Positions 9,212 to 19,418 of a stretch of 64,000 nt of DNA are shown here, piece by piece; position 1 is the first letter of the stretch; each line of letters starts with the position of its first letter. Position numbers and translations under genes: made by a program. The notes below the pieces were generated by a model. It did not search any database. It had not been told where the DNA came from and saw only the letters and a list, made by a program, of their open reading frames with translations. Source of the DNA: a plasmid. The DNA lies in sequence record NZ_CP090684.1. The stretch is one strand, 5' to 3'.

Positions 9212-9498
9212 GAAAGGGACGGCGAACTCAGGGGGCTGGCGAAGGGCGCTGCACACCGCGCGAGGGCAGAAACGCCGCGCGGCGAGCGCCCACAAGCGGC
9301 CGTAGGCCGCTTCACTTCAGGCGTTCGGGAGAAAGGGGCTCAGCCCCTTTCGTCCGGCGAAGCCGGGCCACGGACACGTGTGGTCCGACCACATGAGATC
9401 AGGGGCGATTTCGCCTTGGGTCCATTGCAGCGCTACGGTGCGAATTGCCGCGTTTCCACCGCAGGCGCCTCGAGATCGCTTGGCGAGCTGGAGTGCAC

Positions 9499-10110
9499 CT
9501 AGCGCACTTGATCGAGCGGTCGGCATTGCGCCAGCCTTGACCGAAAGTGCTGCTCGAAGGCTTCCGCCAATACCGGGTCATTCCATGCGATCACCACGTT
9601 CTCGCTGTTCGATTTTGCGCCCGCCGCGGTGTAGTTGATGCTTCCAGTCTGGACGCTCCGGTGGTCCAGTATCATTGCCTTGTCGTGCATTAAGCGATAT
9701 CGGTCCACGACGCATATGGCAGCACCGGCGCGCGCGAGATAGTCGAGCCCGCGGCGGATGTAGCCATCTCGATCGTTCGCGATGCTTTCGCCATAGTCAA
9801 CGGCGATTGCAACGGGGACCCCCGCTCGTGCCTTCGCTGCCAGCGCCTCGATTAGCGGCCGATACGTCATTACGTACGCCAGGACGTGAATGGAACGATG
9901 CGCCGAACCCACGCCGTACAAGACGAGATCCATCCCCTTACCGTCCGGAGAAAAAGCATATGAGGTCACACGACCCTCGGGGGCTGCGGTCGTGAGCACC
10001 GTTGCGACGCTCGCGACTGGCGAGGCAAATGCCGCCAACGCGATCGCAAGCTCGGCAATACATCCGGCGATCACTGCGGGGGCTGTCCATGACAGCAGCT
10101 TTAGTGTCAT
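9499..10110 (-). CDS. Phospholipase-D-family endonuclease (Nuc-like, HKD motif) with an N-terminal signal/TM segment
   Basis: The run HDKAMILD followed by ...GSINYT fits the HxK..D..GSxN signature of PLD/Nuc nucleases such as pKM101 Nuc. Start MTLKLL at 10110 overlaps the upstream stop. Confidence 0.7.
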   Translation of the reverse strand: MTLKLLSWTAPAVIAGCIAELAIALAAFASPVASVATVLTTAAPEGRVTSYAFSPDGKGMDLVLYGVGSAHRSIHVLAYVMTYRPLIEALAAKARAGVPVAIAVDYGESIANDRDGYIRRGLDYLARAGAAICVVDRYRLMHDKAMILDHRSVQTGSINYTAAGAKSNSENVVIAWNDPVLAEAFEQHFRSRLAQCRPLDQVR

Positions 10111-10580
10111 GTCCGCGCGCTCCCCGAAGTAACCGGCCGGAGCCGTGCGACCGGGGGAAACTGATTCGCCGGGATGACGCGTCCAACGCTCACGTGTGTC
10201 TGGCAGCGATCGGCCTGCGTCGTCACGTAAACCCACGTCGCCGGATCGAGCGAAAACCGCGAGGTGACGATGCCCCCCTCGGCGATCGCCAGTTGATTCG
10301 CAAGATGCTCAGTCGACGGGAGCTCCGACCAATCTCCGATCGCGTGCCGAATGACGAACTCCATCTCACGGCGATCAAGTGACGCGAGCACCGCTCGAGC
10401 GGCTGTCGACATTTTGATGCTACCGGTCTCAACGATTGGGTGAAGAGGAAGCGCCTGCGCCACCTCACCGCGACCACTGACTAGATAACAATGCCATTCC
10501 GGCAGGAGGTCTCCAACGAGGGCGCGGGCTTGCAGCTGCTGACTGCTATCGAGCTCGAAAAAATAACGGATTGTGGGCAT
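10107..10580 (-). CDS. Hypothetical protein (157 aa)
   Basis: ORF sitting between the primase and the nuclease in the same operon. Confidence 0.45.
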   Translation of the reverse strand: MPTIRYFFELDSSQQLQARALVGDLLPEWHCYLVSGRGEVAQALPLHPIVETGSIKMSTAARAVLASLDRREMEFVIRHAIGDWSELPSTEHLANQLAIAEGGIVTSRFSLDPATWVYVTTQADRCQTHVSVGRVIPANQFPPVARLRPVTSGSART

Positions 10581-10583
10581 AGG

Positions 10584-12155
10584 TCACCGTTCAGTGGCGT
10601 TGGTCGATACAAGTTCCCTTGGCAGCATCACCCTGACCTGCTCCCGCACGGCCGCCAAACCTTCGGCGCTTGCGAGGTCATTGAAATCGGTCGGACGCCC
10701 GACGAGGGAGTTGAATACAGGCACGATCGCCTGGCATCTGAGGATCCGTGCTGCTTCGGCGGCTGAGTCGACACCTCTGTTGGACGTCGTGGACCGGACA
10801 TGCTTTCCGTCGCTCCCCGTGATCACATCAACGGTCACAGAACGAGCAACCCCGCAGCGGCATTCCACCGCAAGCCGGTACTTTCCGTGTGCGCTCGCAT
10901 GCCATTGCCCGTCCGCGATCGCATCGACGATTCTCACGGTTCGAGTCGCGTCCCGGGGTCCCGCGTTGACCTTGAAAGAGCATTCGGTCTCAGGCGCCAC
11001 GCTACCTAGTTCGGCAATCCGCGTGACGGCTGTCTCAAGAAAAAACTGGTCGTTGTCGGCGCAAACGAGCTTCGGTTGCCGCCGCGGCAGGACGTGCACG
11101 AGGTCTTTCGCAACCGCAACGAGGTTGCCTGCGTCGAAGCACACAACCACCGGTAGGCCCGTCGCTTCGTAAATCGACGCTCCCGTTGCGTACCCTTCCG
11201 AGAGCAGCACCGCCGGCGCGCTTACGAGGTCAGCGACACGTCGCGCGCCGATCAGGTGAAAGGCACCGGTCTTTCGCGCTCCCTTCGTGAATAGCTTGCT
11301 TCCGTCGGGACCGAGCGCCTGGACAGTTCGCAGCCGGTCTTGAATATCCCGTCCGGGAGCGATCAAGTATTCGTCGGATGTCGACTTGAAGTGCTCCAGG
11401 TTCAGCAGGGTAATCATGTCCATACCCCGGCCGCTCGCAATCCGGAGACCGTGCGCGGCTACCCCTTTGCGGGCCAAATACGGGTGCGCGTCACATTCGA
11501 CTTCCGGCAGGGTCACGAGCACCTTTAATGCCCTCGCCGCTATCTCGCGCTGCTCCTCGATCACCTTTGCAGCGCGCGCCGCACGGCGATCGCTATCGGC
11601 CGCCTCGAGTGCGGCGCGTTGCTCGCGTGTCAGGCGTCCCTTCTGAAAGCGCCACGGGCCAGATGCCCCCTTAAAATTTCGGATGTAACCCCGCCACTCC
11701 CCACCAACACGCTCGAGCTTGTAGCTTCCGCTGTTGCGTGGTCCGGCCGGCGTTTCGACTTTGGCCGTATGCCAGGCTCCATCCGCACGTACGGTGTCGG
11801 GGATAAGCCCAAAGGTACGCATCGCGAGGCTGAAGTCCGCGATCGCTTCCTCTGGGTCAATGCCGGCATTCGCAAGCACGGTCTCATCGACGATCCACTC
11901 GGCAAAAGGCGTCCGATCCATCGACGCGTCGATCCAGCAAAGGCGCCGATCGTAATCGAGATGCGCCCCGAGAGACCGAGCCTTCGGAATGTCTCTGGGG
12001 GGTACCGCAAGGTAAATTCGCTGCGCTTGCGATGCGTTGGACTTGATGTTTCCTTGCTGCCGTGACGATTTTCCCTGCGGAACTGAGGCGAGAAAGCGCT
12101 CAACGGCCCTGGCCTGCCCACTAGTCGAACGTTTTGCCATGGTTGTGCTGTACAT
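10584..12155 (-). CDS. DNA primase, Toprim-domain (conjugative TraC-type)
   Basis: 523 aa. The segment LSEGYATGASIYEATGLPVVVCFDAGNL is a Toprim acidic motif. N-terminal domain resembles the DUF5710 found in ICE/plasmid primases. Strong AAAGGAGGTG RBS 6 nt upstream of the ATG at 12155. Confidence 0.7.
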   Translation of the reverse strand: MYSTTMAKRSTSGQARAVERFLASVPQGKSSRQQGNIKSNASQAQRIYLAVPPRDIPKARSLGAHLDYDRRLCWIDASMDRTPFAEWIVDETVLANAGIDPEEAIADFSLAMRTFGLIPDTVRADGAWHTAKVETPAGPRNSGSYKLERVGGEWRGYIRNFKGASGPWRFQKGRLTREQRAALEAADSDRRAARAAKVIEEQREIAARALKVLVTLPEVECDAHPYLARKGVAAHGLRIASGRGMDMITLLNLEHFKSTSDEYLIAPGRDIQDRLRTVQALGPDGSKLFTKGARKTGAFHLIGARRVADLVSAPAVLLSEGYATGASIYEATGLPVVVCFDAGNLVAVAKDLVHVLPRRQPKLVCADNDQFFLETAVTRIAELGSVAPETECSFKVNAGPRDATRTVRIVDAIADGQWHASAHGKYRLAVECRCGVARSVTVDVITGSDGKHVRSTTSNRGVDSAAEAARILRCQAIVPVFNSLVGRPTDFNDLASAEGLAAVREQVRVMLPRELVSTNATER

Positions 12156-12367
12156 GAGACACCTCCTTTCTCAGAGGCGGATCGCGTCGAGCGGCAGGCA
12201 GCCGACCACAACGGTCAGCGCCGCTGCATGAAATTCTTTGCTTATCCCCTGCCCCGAAACCTTCCCGTTGCGTACCATCGCGTTCTCCGTTGGTTTTGAG
12301 CCGACCGGAACCCAAGATTCTGAGTCCCGGCGTACCGGCCGAGTCGACGCAGCGCTACCCGCAGCTG

Positions 12368-12523
12368 CTGCCGCCGTTCCCCTGAGTTCCTCGTCCCGCG
12401 AACTAGTCAGGTGAGGTGACCCGTCGGTCAAGGGGGCAAGCGAGGGGATAGGGGCGGGCAGTCGCGTAGCGACAACACGGCCCCGAGCGCCTTGACCGAC
12501 GGGCCGCCGAACCTACGGTCGCG
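12368..12523 (+). promoter_or_regulatory. Frpo/ssi-like structured element, copy C
   Basis: Perfect 14-bp stem: cccgtcggtcaagg (12420-12433) with ccttgaccgacggg (12490-12503). -35-like TTGACC at 12492-12497, a 16-nt spacer, then TACGGT at 12514-12519, then gtcgcg. Confidence 0.5.
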
Positions 12524-12652
12524 CGCAAGGACGAGGACAAAGGGGGGGACGGAGCTGCAGGGCAGGAATACCGGAGGCTCGGCGCCGCGCGGCGAGCGCC
12601 CATCGCGCGAAGCGCGACGCGACAGCGCGTCCGGATGGACGAAGAGCGAAGC

Positions 12653-12679
12653 GAAAAAAAAGCCCCGCTGGTGCGGGGC
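12653..12679 (-). terminator. Rho-independent terminator (minus strand) downstream of the 188-aa gene
   Basis: On the minus strand: hairpin gccccgc-accagc-ggggc followed by TTTTTTTT. Confidence 0.55.
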
Positions 12680-12957
12680 AAAACATGCTGCTTCCGAGGG
12701 CACGGCACGAGCAAACCGCAGCATGCTAAGAGCAGGAAAGAGCGAAGGTGAGCCTTTCCGGGAGCGCAGCGAGCGGCCGGCGAGGCGCTGGCAGCCCCGC
12801 CCGAAGGGCGCGGGGCGAGACTCCGCAGGAGGCTCGACGCTTAGGCCGCGCATCGCGCGGACGTAGCGCAACATAGCCGGTCTTTGCGGAGCAAAGACGC
12901 CCCAAGTGAATTCTTCGCATACCTCCTCAATTCGGTTACGTAAGCCAAGAGTGGCGT

Positions 12958-13524
12958 TCAATTTGCAACTCGCCGCTTCCGTTTCAAAATAAGAAACCGT
13001 ACACCTAGGCACACGAACAGGCCGCCCAGCAACAGCACACACATCGCCGCGTATCCAACTAGCACCCTTTTGACGAGATACCAATCGCGAGCTGCAGCGG
13101 TACAGCCCACAACCTCGCGGAAATCCGTCAGATCCTCCAGTGAGGGCACCACCCAACCAACTAAAGAAGCAAAGTGCGGAGCGAGTATCCATAGCAGTGC
13201 ACCAGCAGTCGCGATTGCGACGATATACGCGAAGAATGCGATCGCCCGACGCCGAAAAGACCACGATGTATCTGGCTGCTCGAGAGCCAGTTGGATGTGG
13301 TATCGGTCGGCGAGCTTAACGCTCGCGAATTCTTCCTCTATCGAACGACGCACGTCCGGCACCACCACACCATCCGATTCTGAGGAACGACTCGATGAAT
13401 CCCAGGCTCGCGATGGATATATGGTCGCCCCGGTCGCCGTGCGTAGTGCGTCGCGAAGGCGACCGGCACTGCGCACGGCGACGTGTTCCGGGGTGACGTG
13501 CTCATTCTGATTGGTCTCTCTCAC
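12958..13524 (-). CDS. Hypothetical membrane protein (188 aa)
   Basis: ORF with two C-terminal hydrophobic segments. It has its own sigma70-like promoter at about 13555-13590. Confidence 0.5.
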   Translation of the reverse strand: MRETNQNEHVTPEHVAVRSAGRLRDALRTATGATIYPSRAWDSSSRSSESDGVVVPDVRRSIEEEFASVKLADRYHIQLALEQPDTSWSFRRRAIAFFAYIVAIATAGALLWILAPHFASLVGWVVPSLEDLTDFREVVGCTAAARDWYLVKRVLVGYAAMCVLLLGGLFVCLGVRFLILKRKRRVAN

Positions 13525-13554
13525 GCATTAATTTCGTCCCGCTGGCGGGACGGT

Positions 13555-13590
13555 GGATAAATTTTAATCACCTTTGCACATGATTGCAAT
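13555..13590 (-). promoter_or_regulatory. Conventional sigma70-like promoter for the 12958..13524 gene
   Basis: On the minus strand: TTGCAA, a 17-nt spacer, then TAAAAT, followed by the palindrome gtcccgc-cag-cgggac ahead of the ATG. Confidence 0.4.
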
Positions 13591-13629
13591 TGATATGTAT
13601 GGAGCGGTTCACGCCCGAGGGAGGGGGAT

Positions 13630-13662
13630 CCAAGGGGGAACCGGGTCGGGGTTCCCCCTTGG
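13630..13662. repeat. Perfect 13-bp inverted repeat ccaagggggaacc / ggttcccccttgg with a 7-nt loop
   Basis: Seen directly in the gap between the ParB-like gene and the 188-aa gene. Confidence 0.5.
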
Positions 13663-13768
13663 TCGGCGTCCGCCGATATCCCGCTCGGCGCACGGCCCGG
13701 ACGATTTAGCGCCGCCAGGCGCGTTGAGGAAGGCGCCGTGCGACGCTGGATGGCGCGAGGTAGTGCAC

Positions 13769-13794
13769 AAAAAAAAACCCCGTCACCGACGGGG
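13769..13794 (-). terminator. Rho-independent terminator after the ParB-like gene
   Basis: On the minus strand: hairpin ccccgtcggtgacgggg followed by TTTTTTTTT. Confidence 0.6.
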
Positions 13795-13826
13795 CAAATT
13801 TGCGACTGCTCAGAGATATCGTTGAA

Positions 13827-16082
13827 TTAAGCCGCCGGCCGGCTTCCAGCGAGCACGTTCGGCGTCGGCGTCGCAAACGGCCACGGGAATCGCGCCGATT
13901 GAGTGACTCGGCCTCCCGCAAATTCCGTCGGCGCGACGTCGGCTGGCTTCACGCCGGTCTCAGCACCGTCCGGACTATCCGAGACCGTGTCAGGTTGCGC
14001 CGGTTCATCACCCAGCACTTCCTCGTGGGCTCCGAGATTGTCCGCCGTCGCGAGCTCGCCGTCCGCATCCTCCTGCTCATTACCGTCATCGCCGAAATAG
14101 GTTCGCGCGGTACGGACTTCGGCAGCAGCCATGAATTCGGGAAGCCAGTTCTTGTCGGCAAGCAGTTTTTCCGCTTCCTGCGCCGCCTCTGCCTTCTTCA
14201 TTTTCCCCAACCTCGCCCCATGCTCCTTCGAAATGACGTCACTCACGATCGCAACGATTCGATCCTTCGAGACATGATTAAGGTACGACTCGCAGGTGGG
14301 CTTCCAGTACTTCGTGAGGTCAAGTTCCAGAGCGCCGGCGAGCGCATTGATAGCATTCGGTTCTTCCGTGCGGCTCACACCATTCAGACTCAGAGCCGTG
14401 CAAACGGCGAGAATGTTCAGGACTACCGCTTGCGGCTGTTCGAGCAACCATCCGAACAGTTCGTTCGGGTTTTTCGGAATCATGCGAGTGACCGCCAGCA
14501 CCGACCGTGCAAGCTGGTCGTACTGGGGCAACTCCTTGATGCCGGGCACAGCTCGATCCGCGCTGTACATCGGCTGCTGTTCCTTGATCTGCACAGCACT
14601 GAGGTCGCTATAGTGCTCATAGACGAACTCCAGCAACAGTCGGTGTGCGACAGCGACGAGCGCAACGCCGGGGTTCGCAACAAGCGCGGTTTGAACCGCT
14701 GCCGTGCGGTGCGACGTCAGATTGAGCAGCAGTTTCTCCGAATGCAGCCCCTTAACCTTCTTGGTCAGGCTACGCGGGACCGACTGACCTGCCTCTTCCA
14801 TCATCGCACGCGCTTGCGCCCGATTCTCGCGACGCACCAAGCCGCGCACGATTTCAAGTGCTCCGTCGTAGCCGACCGTGACGATCGCCCCGCTCACTTT
14901 CATCTGCTCCGAGGTGAACTCTCCGTCGCGGTCGTCCATTTCCTGCATGATCGCGTAAAGCTGATTGCACTCGCCGTCCAGCTTTTCCCGGTCCTCGTCG
15001 CTGAGGTACGCAGCATCGCCCACTTCGGCATCGTAGCTTGCCTCGATTTTCTCGCTGAGTTCGTCGGCCCGCATTTGAGCTTCTTCGTATTTTGCCTTTT
15101 CGTCGCTAGTGAGCGGAACCGGAGTGGAATAAAGTTGCGTAAACTGGTTGCGGTCGTCATAGTCGAAGGTCGGTCGGGCTTCAACCCAATTCCAGCCTTC
15201 GGCCTTGATCGATTCGACCGTGCAGGCGATTTTCTCATCGAACAATCGAGCCAGCAGCTCACGATTGACGATGAAACCGTCATCTTGCTCCGCGAACAGG
15301 TCGCGCTCCACCTCTCCCCCGGCTGCTTCGTATGCGGCGACAGTCACGAATCGCACCATCCGGTCCCCGAACGACAGTTTCTCGCCTTTCAGCACATTGC
15401 GCAGTGCGTTAGGGCTCTGGTTCCAGTGTCCCTTTGCACCGAACCACGCCGCTTCCTGTCGCTCGTGGTTGTCGGTGATGGCAAGCGCCTTGATCTGTTC
15501 GAGGCTGATGACGTCCGCAGCAAACAGTTCAAAGAGCTTCGGGGAAACGTTCGCGAGCTTCAATCGACCGGCGACGACCTTCGGACTGACATTGAAGACT
15601 GCCGCAATGAACTCAGGGCTTCGGCCCTCGTCTGCAAGCGCCTTGTAGGCAGCGAATTGGTCTGCAGGGTGCGGGGGTACGTGCAAGTCATTTTCTGACG
15701 CACTAGCAAGGATCGCCTGCGCCTCCGAAATCTCGATGCAACGCACTTCATCGTCCATCGACATGTAGCCGCGCTCGACGTTGAACAGGAACGCTTGACG
15801 GCGCGTTTCCCCCGCGTCGACGCCCCACTCCTGCGCCTTCTTCGCCCTCTGCGGCATTTTATGCACAACGAGGTTCTGTAGTTGACCGACAGCAAGCATG
15901 TTGTCTGCGATTGCCACAATGGTCGCTTGATCGCGCTTCTTCTTACGCTGGTTATACGGCGAAGCGACCAGCCGTTTCAACGGAATCATCACTTCCCGTT
16001 GCCCTGCGCGAAGCATGTTCGGCATGTCGGCGGGCAGTGCATCGGCGTTCACGTTGGCGTCTTGTGCAATCACGGTTTTCAT
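13827..16082 (-). CDS. ParB/Srx-like nuclease-domain protein (751 aa)
   Basis: N-terminal segment VASPYNQRKKKRDQATIVAIADNMLAVGQLQNLVVHKMPQ is typical of the ParB N-terminal/sulfiredoxin fold. Long acidic C-terminal region. ATG at 16082 with a GAGGAA RBS. The longer ORF to 16298 runs into the repeat and is rejected. Confidence 0.7.
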   Translation of the reverse strand: MKTVIAQDANVNADALPADMPNMLRAGQREVMIPLKRLVASPYNQRKKKRDQATIVAIADNMLAVGQLQNLVVHKMPQRAKKAQEWGVDAGETRRQAFLFNVERGYMSMDDEVRCIEISEAQAILASASENDLHVPPHPADQFAAYKALADEGRSPEFIAAVFNVSPKVVAGRLKLANVSPKLFELFAADVISLEQIKALAITDNHERQEAAWFGAKGHWNQSPNALRNVLKGEKLSFGDRMVRFVTVAAYEAAGGEVERDLFAEQDDGFIVNRELLARLFDEKIACTVESIKAEGWNWVEARPTFDYDDRNQFTQLYSTPVPLTSDEKAKYEEAQMRADELSEKIEASYDAEVGDAAYLSDEDREKLDGECNQLYAIMQEMDDRDGEFTSEQMKVSGAIVTVGYDGALEIVRGLVRRENRAQARAMMEEAGQSVPRSLTKKVKGLHSEKLLLNLTSHRTAAVQTALVANPGVALVAVAHRLLLEFVYEHYSDLSAVQIKEQQPMYSADRAVPGIKELPQYDQLARSVLAVTRMIPKNPNELFGWLLEQPQAVVLNILAVCTALSLNGVSRTEEPNAINALAGALELDLTKYWKPTCESYLNHVSKDRIVAIVSDVISKEHGARLGKMKKAEAAQEAEKLLADKNWLPEFMAAAEVRTARTYFGDDGNEQEDADGELATADNLGAHEEVLGDEPAQPDTVSDSPDGAETGVKPADVAPTEFAGGRVTQSARFPWPFATPTPNVLAGSRPAA

Positions 16083-16188
16083 AGCATTCCTCAAAATTAA
16101 CATTGAAGTTGTGACGGGACCGCCGGGCCCCAAGATTCTGAGTCCCGGCGTAAGCCGTTCTGTCGAGTCGGCGGGCCGCGCTCCGCAG

Positions 16189-16344
16189 CTGCCGCCGTTC
16201 CCCTGAGTTCGTCGTCCCGCGACGATCGGAGCGAGGACCAGTGCATCGTCAAGGGGTGACGCGCGGGTCGGTGCGGGAGGGAGCGCAGCGACTGACACGG
16301 TCCCGCGCGCCCTTGACGTTGCGCTGGCCGCAGCTACAGTCGCG
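16189..16344 (+). promoter_or_regulatory. Frpo/ssi-like structured element, copy D
   Basis: Stem cgtcaagggg (about 16245) pairs with cccttgacg (about 16309). -35-like TTGACG at 16313-16318, a 16-nt spacer, then TACAGT at 16335-16340, followed by gtcgcgg pairing with the upstream ccgcgac. Confidence 0.5.
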
Positions 16345-16731
16345 GAGGTGGACGGCGAACGAGGGGGACGGAGATGAAGGCAGCACCCGTACCACGACGA
16401 GCCAGAACGCCCCGCGCGGCGAGCGCGCTATCCGAGCGGCGCGACGTCAGGAGCGCCGAGAGGCTGGAGGGATGGCCCGCGCCGGGGCAAGTCCGCGGGA
16501 CGCGGCGCAGCCCCAAGAGCGGAAGTGTTTGGTCTCCGGGCCGCCGCGTGCGCGGCTTGCGTGTCGGCCGGTAGTGCCGGCCGGCGCGCAAGGTGCGGCG
16601 GCCCGGCTGGCTTCCGGGCCCAGGTCCACCGTCAGTGCAGCGTCGGTAGGTCCGCGCCTTCTTCCGTTCCCACGCCCCACGAGAATTCGGCCAATACGTA
16701 TGGGGCGAGCGTCGCGCTCGCCCAACGATAG

Positions 16732-16923
16732 TTACGCGCTTTGCTCAGTGCGATCTCGGTTCTGCACGTGTTTCGTGATCGCGCGTCGCGCGCTAACTAA
16801 TGTCCTGCGGCGCTCTAGATCGAAACCTCCATCATTCCGCATGATCTGTGTTTGGACTGTCTCAACTCCCCGCTCGATCGAGACATGGATGAAATGCCCC
16901 TTGTAGCCAATGGTGTGAAACAT
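16732..16923 (-). CDS. Hypothetical small protein (63 aa)
   Basis: ORF whose start is adjacent to the stop of the 117-aa gene. Confidence 0.3.
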   Translation of the reverse strand: MFHTIGYKGHFIHVSIERGVETVQTQIMRNDGGFDLERRRTLVSARRAITKHVQNRDRTEQSA

Positions 16924-16924
16924 A

Positions 16925-17278
16925 TCAGACCACCTCAGAGACAGGGAAACCGGCTTCAGTGAGCTCACGGCGCGCATCGTCATCCCAGGTCGTCGGCGAC
17001 TCGGACTCACAGCGATACGCGTAGGCGATTGCCGCTTCGCGTGCGTCGGCCGACAGACCGCCGGTTACTTTGACCACGACCTCCCAGTATGTCCCGAAGT
17101 CGTGGGCGCTGCTCTTGATGAACAGGCTGGCACCGTCGGGGGGTTCGCCCAAGGTGCGCCTGATTTGGTTGATGAAGGCCGTGCATTCGGCTCGGCTACG
17201 CTCCAGGTAGCGCATGTCGCCCACTTGCGCACATGCCTCATCACATGGCGCTGGTCCAATCTCAATCGTTTCCACCAT
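16925..17278 (-). CDS. Hypothetical acidic protein (117 aa)
   Basis: AGGAGAG RBS 8 nt upstream of the ATG at 17278. Acidic composition. Confidence 0.5.
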   Translation of the reverse strand: MVETIEIGPAPCDEACAQVGDMRYLERSRAECTAFINQIRRTLGEPPDGASLFIKSSAHDFGTYWEVVVKVTGGLSADAREAAIAYAYRCESESPTTWDDDARRELTEAGFPVSEVV

Positions 17279-17374
17279 CGTACAGCTCTCCTAAAAAATA
17301 TAGACTGACCGGGCCCCAAGATTCTGAGTCCCGGCGTGAAAGGTTCTGGCGAGTCGGCGGGCCGCGCTTCGCAG

Positions 17375-17532
17375 CTGCCGCCGTTCCCCTGAGTTCGTCG
17401 TCCCGCGACGCCTCGAGCGACGAGCCGGCGACGCGTCAAGGAGTCAAGCGCGGGGTGGGCGCGGGAGGGAGCGCAGTGACCGACACGGACCCCGCGCGCC
17501 TTGACGCGGCAGAGGCCGACGCTACGGTCGCG
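17375..17532 (+). promoter_or_regulatory. Frpo/ssi-like structured element, copy E
   Basis: Stem cgcgtcaagg (17433-17442) pairs with ccttgacgcg (17499-17508). -35-like TTGACG at 17501-17506, a 16-nt spacer, then TACGGT at 17523-17528. Outer stem cccgcgac pairs with gtcgcggg. Confidence 0.5.
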
Positions 17533-17911
17533 GGGAATGGACGACGAACGAGGGGGACGGGGGTGCGGACAGTGCTTGCTCCGTGACGAGCCGGAACGCC
17601 CGCGCGGCGAGCGCGCTATCCGAGCCGGCGCGACGCGAGGAGCGCCGCGAGGCTGGAGGGATGGCCCGCGCCGGGGCAAGTCCGCGGCACGCGGCGCAGC
17701 CCCAAGAGCGGAAGTGTCCGGATTCCGGGCCGCCGCGTGCGCAGCTTACGTGCCGGCCGGCAGCGCCGGCCGGCGCGGAAGGCGCTGCCCGGCGGCCCGC
17801 ATGTCACCGGCGATCCCGGTCGAGGACTCGGATCGCCGTCCCTGCCAATTGCGGTCCGATGGCGGTCCCATGGAGTGCGGTCGAGCGAGTTGAAGCTCAT
17901 GAAGATGACGG

Positions 17912-18325
17912 CTACCCGTCCCCCTGCTGCCCGCTTCGGCGGGCCTGGGTAGTGCGCGCAGGAGTTCGACACACGCGGTGGGCATCCATAGATCCATCGA
18001 ACGCCGCGGGTGGATCGCTCACTCGGCGTCCGAAGTCAACAATGGCGCGGTCAACGTTCGACACGAAGAATTCAACAGCAATTGCCTGAACAGTCGGAGC
18101 AAGCACGCCCGCGTTCGGGTAAAGCCGGTCGAGCGTCGCCATTTGGCGGAGGACCAGTCTGCTAATGTCTTTCCACGTTCTGTGGGGAGCACGTTGCCAC
18201 GCGTATAAGGCGTCAGTAACGATCGTGTTGAGGATGATGCGAATTTGTGCGTTCCGAACGCGGTTCGATGTGGCAAGCGGCCACTCTCGCGGCAACGTCA
18301 CGGAATACAAGTTGGATTCCTTCAT
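17912..18325 (-). CDS. Hypothetical protein (137 aa)
   Basis: ORF. Confidence 0.4.
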   Translation of the reverse strand: MKESNLYSVTLPREWPLATSNRVRNAQIRIILNTIVTDALYAWQRAPHRTWKDISRLVLRQMATLDRLYPNAGVLAPTVQAIAVEFFVSNVDRAIVDFGRRVSDPPAAFDGSMDAHRVCRTPARTTQARRSGQQGDG

Positions 18326-18384
18326 GATGGATTGCGTGACGCGGACACCGGATTGAGTGCCCGCGTCCGATCAGTTTTTTCAGT

Positions 18385-18918
18385 TTAGAGGTCCGCCCAT
18401 GCAACGTCGGCTTTCGTTTCCACTTCGCCGCCGAACATATGCTCGACCTGATACCGCACGCGCGCACGTGCACCGTCGATCACAAGCGTTCCGCGACCAA
18501 AGTAGCGGCCCAGCAGAGCTCGTTGTTCTTCCGCCCGGAGCTTGCCGCGCCACTTACCGTTGCAGTTCCCGATGCGATTTACGAGGAATAGGCGCAGTTT
18601 CGCTGCCTGTTCGTGCTGGTTCGGCGGCGGCGTCAGCACAAGCACGCCGTCCCGGTCAATCGGCGCGAGGTTTGTGTCTCGGTAGGTGCGCTTGTATTGG
18701 GTTGGGCCGATAGCCAGCCCCCAATCGACCGTATGCTGAATCCGTTGCCGTGCCTCTGATGAAGAGCGGGCAACCACCGAATCGTATGCGCGGCCGGCGC
18801 GCGACTTCCGGATATTGAAGAACGGGACACCCGGTCGCGATTCGAATCGTTCGACGTCGATTTGATAGTGGCCATGCTTGCCACCACCCTCCCATCGCTC
18901 AACTAGTTGCGCAGTCAT
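18385..18918 (-). CDS. Hypothetical protein (177 aa)
   Basis: ORF. Confidence 0.45.
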   Translation of the reverse strand: MTAQLVERWEGGGKHGHYQIDVERFESRPGVPFFNIRKSRAGRAYDSVVARSSSEARQRIQHTVDWGLAIGPTQYKRTYRDTNLAPIDRDGVLVLTPPPNQHEQAAKLRLFLVNRIGNCNGKWRGKLRAEEQRALLGRYFGRGTLVIDGARARVRYQVEHMFGGEVETKADVAWADL

Positions 18919-19418
18919 GCTGCCTCCACACGACGGCCGAACAGCATCAGTGCGACTGCTTCGAGGCGTGCTGCTGTATCGATAAGGACGCCATCGTCGT
19001 CGGCAAGCACGGTGATGTAGCTGGATTCGCCGCGTGGACGACCAGCCGCATCTCGCGCAACGTGTACTACACTGACGCCGGCCGCCTGCAGCCCGCGCCG
19101 GGCATATTCCGCAAAGGTGTCTGCCTCGCCGTGCTCCCTTTCAACCCTTCGCATACGCTGCTGAATGCGTTCGATCTTGCGGACGGCAGCGCGCAATTCG
19201 CCCAATTCCGGGGTGAGACTGTTCAACACGACGCGATGGCCGAATGCCACTGCATGGTCGCGACTGACGAAGGCGCGAAGCTCAATCGTCCCCGAATACT
19301 CGTACCCCACCGCACTGACCACCGCGCGTTGAATCTCAACGACGAGTTCAGTAACGTTGTGGTCCCGTTCGACGTACAGCATGGCATGCAGTTGGGGTTT
19401 CGTTGCGCGTCGTGTCAT
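18915..19418 (-). CDS. Hypothetical protein (168 aa)
   Basis: Start MTRRATKPQLHAM at 19418. The longer ORF that runs into the repeat is rejected. Confidence 0.45.
   Translation of the reverse strand: MTRRATKPQLHAMLYVERDHNVTELVVEIQRAVVSAVGYEYSGTIELRAFVSRDHAVAFGHRVVLNSLTPELGELRAAVRKIERIQQRMRRVEREHGEADTFAEYARRGLQAAGVSVVHVARDAAGRPRGESSYITVLADDDGVLIDTAARLEAVALMLFGRRVEAA

Noticed and set aside
13800-15698. 632-aa plus-strand ORF and other antisense ORFs across the ParB-like, PAPS-reductase-like (20473..21225), czcS (34641..36218) and ars (47743..48444) genes
   Set aside because: The same GC-driven antisense artefact. The sense-strand products carry the recognisable motifs.
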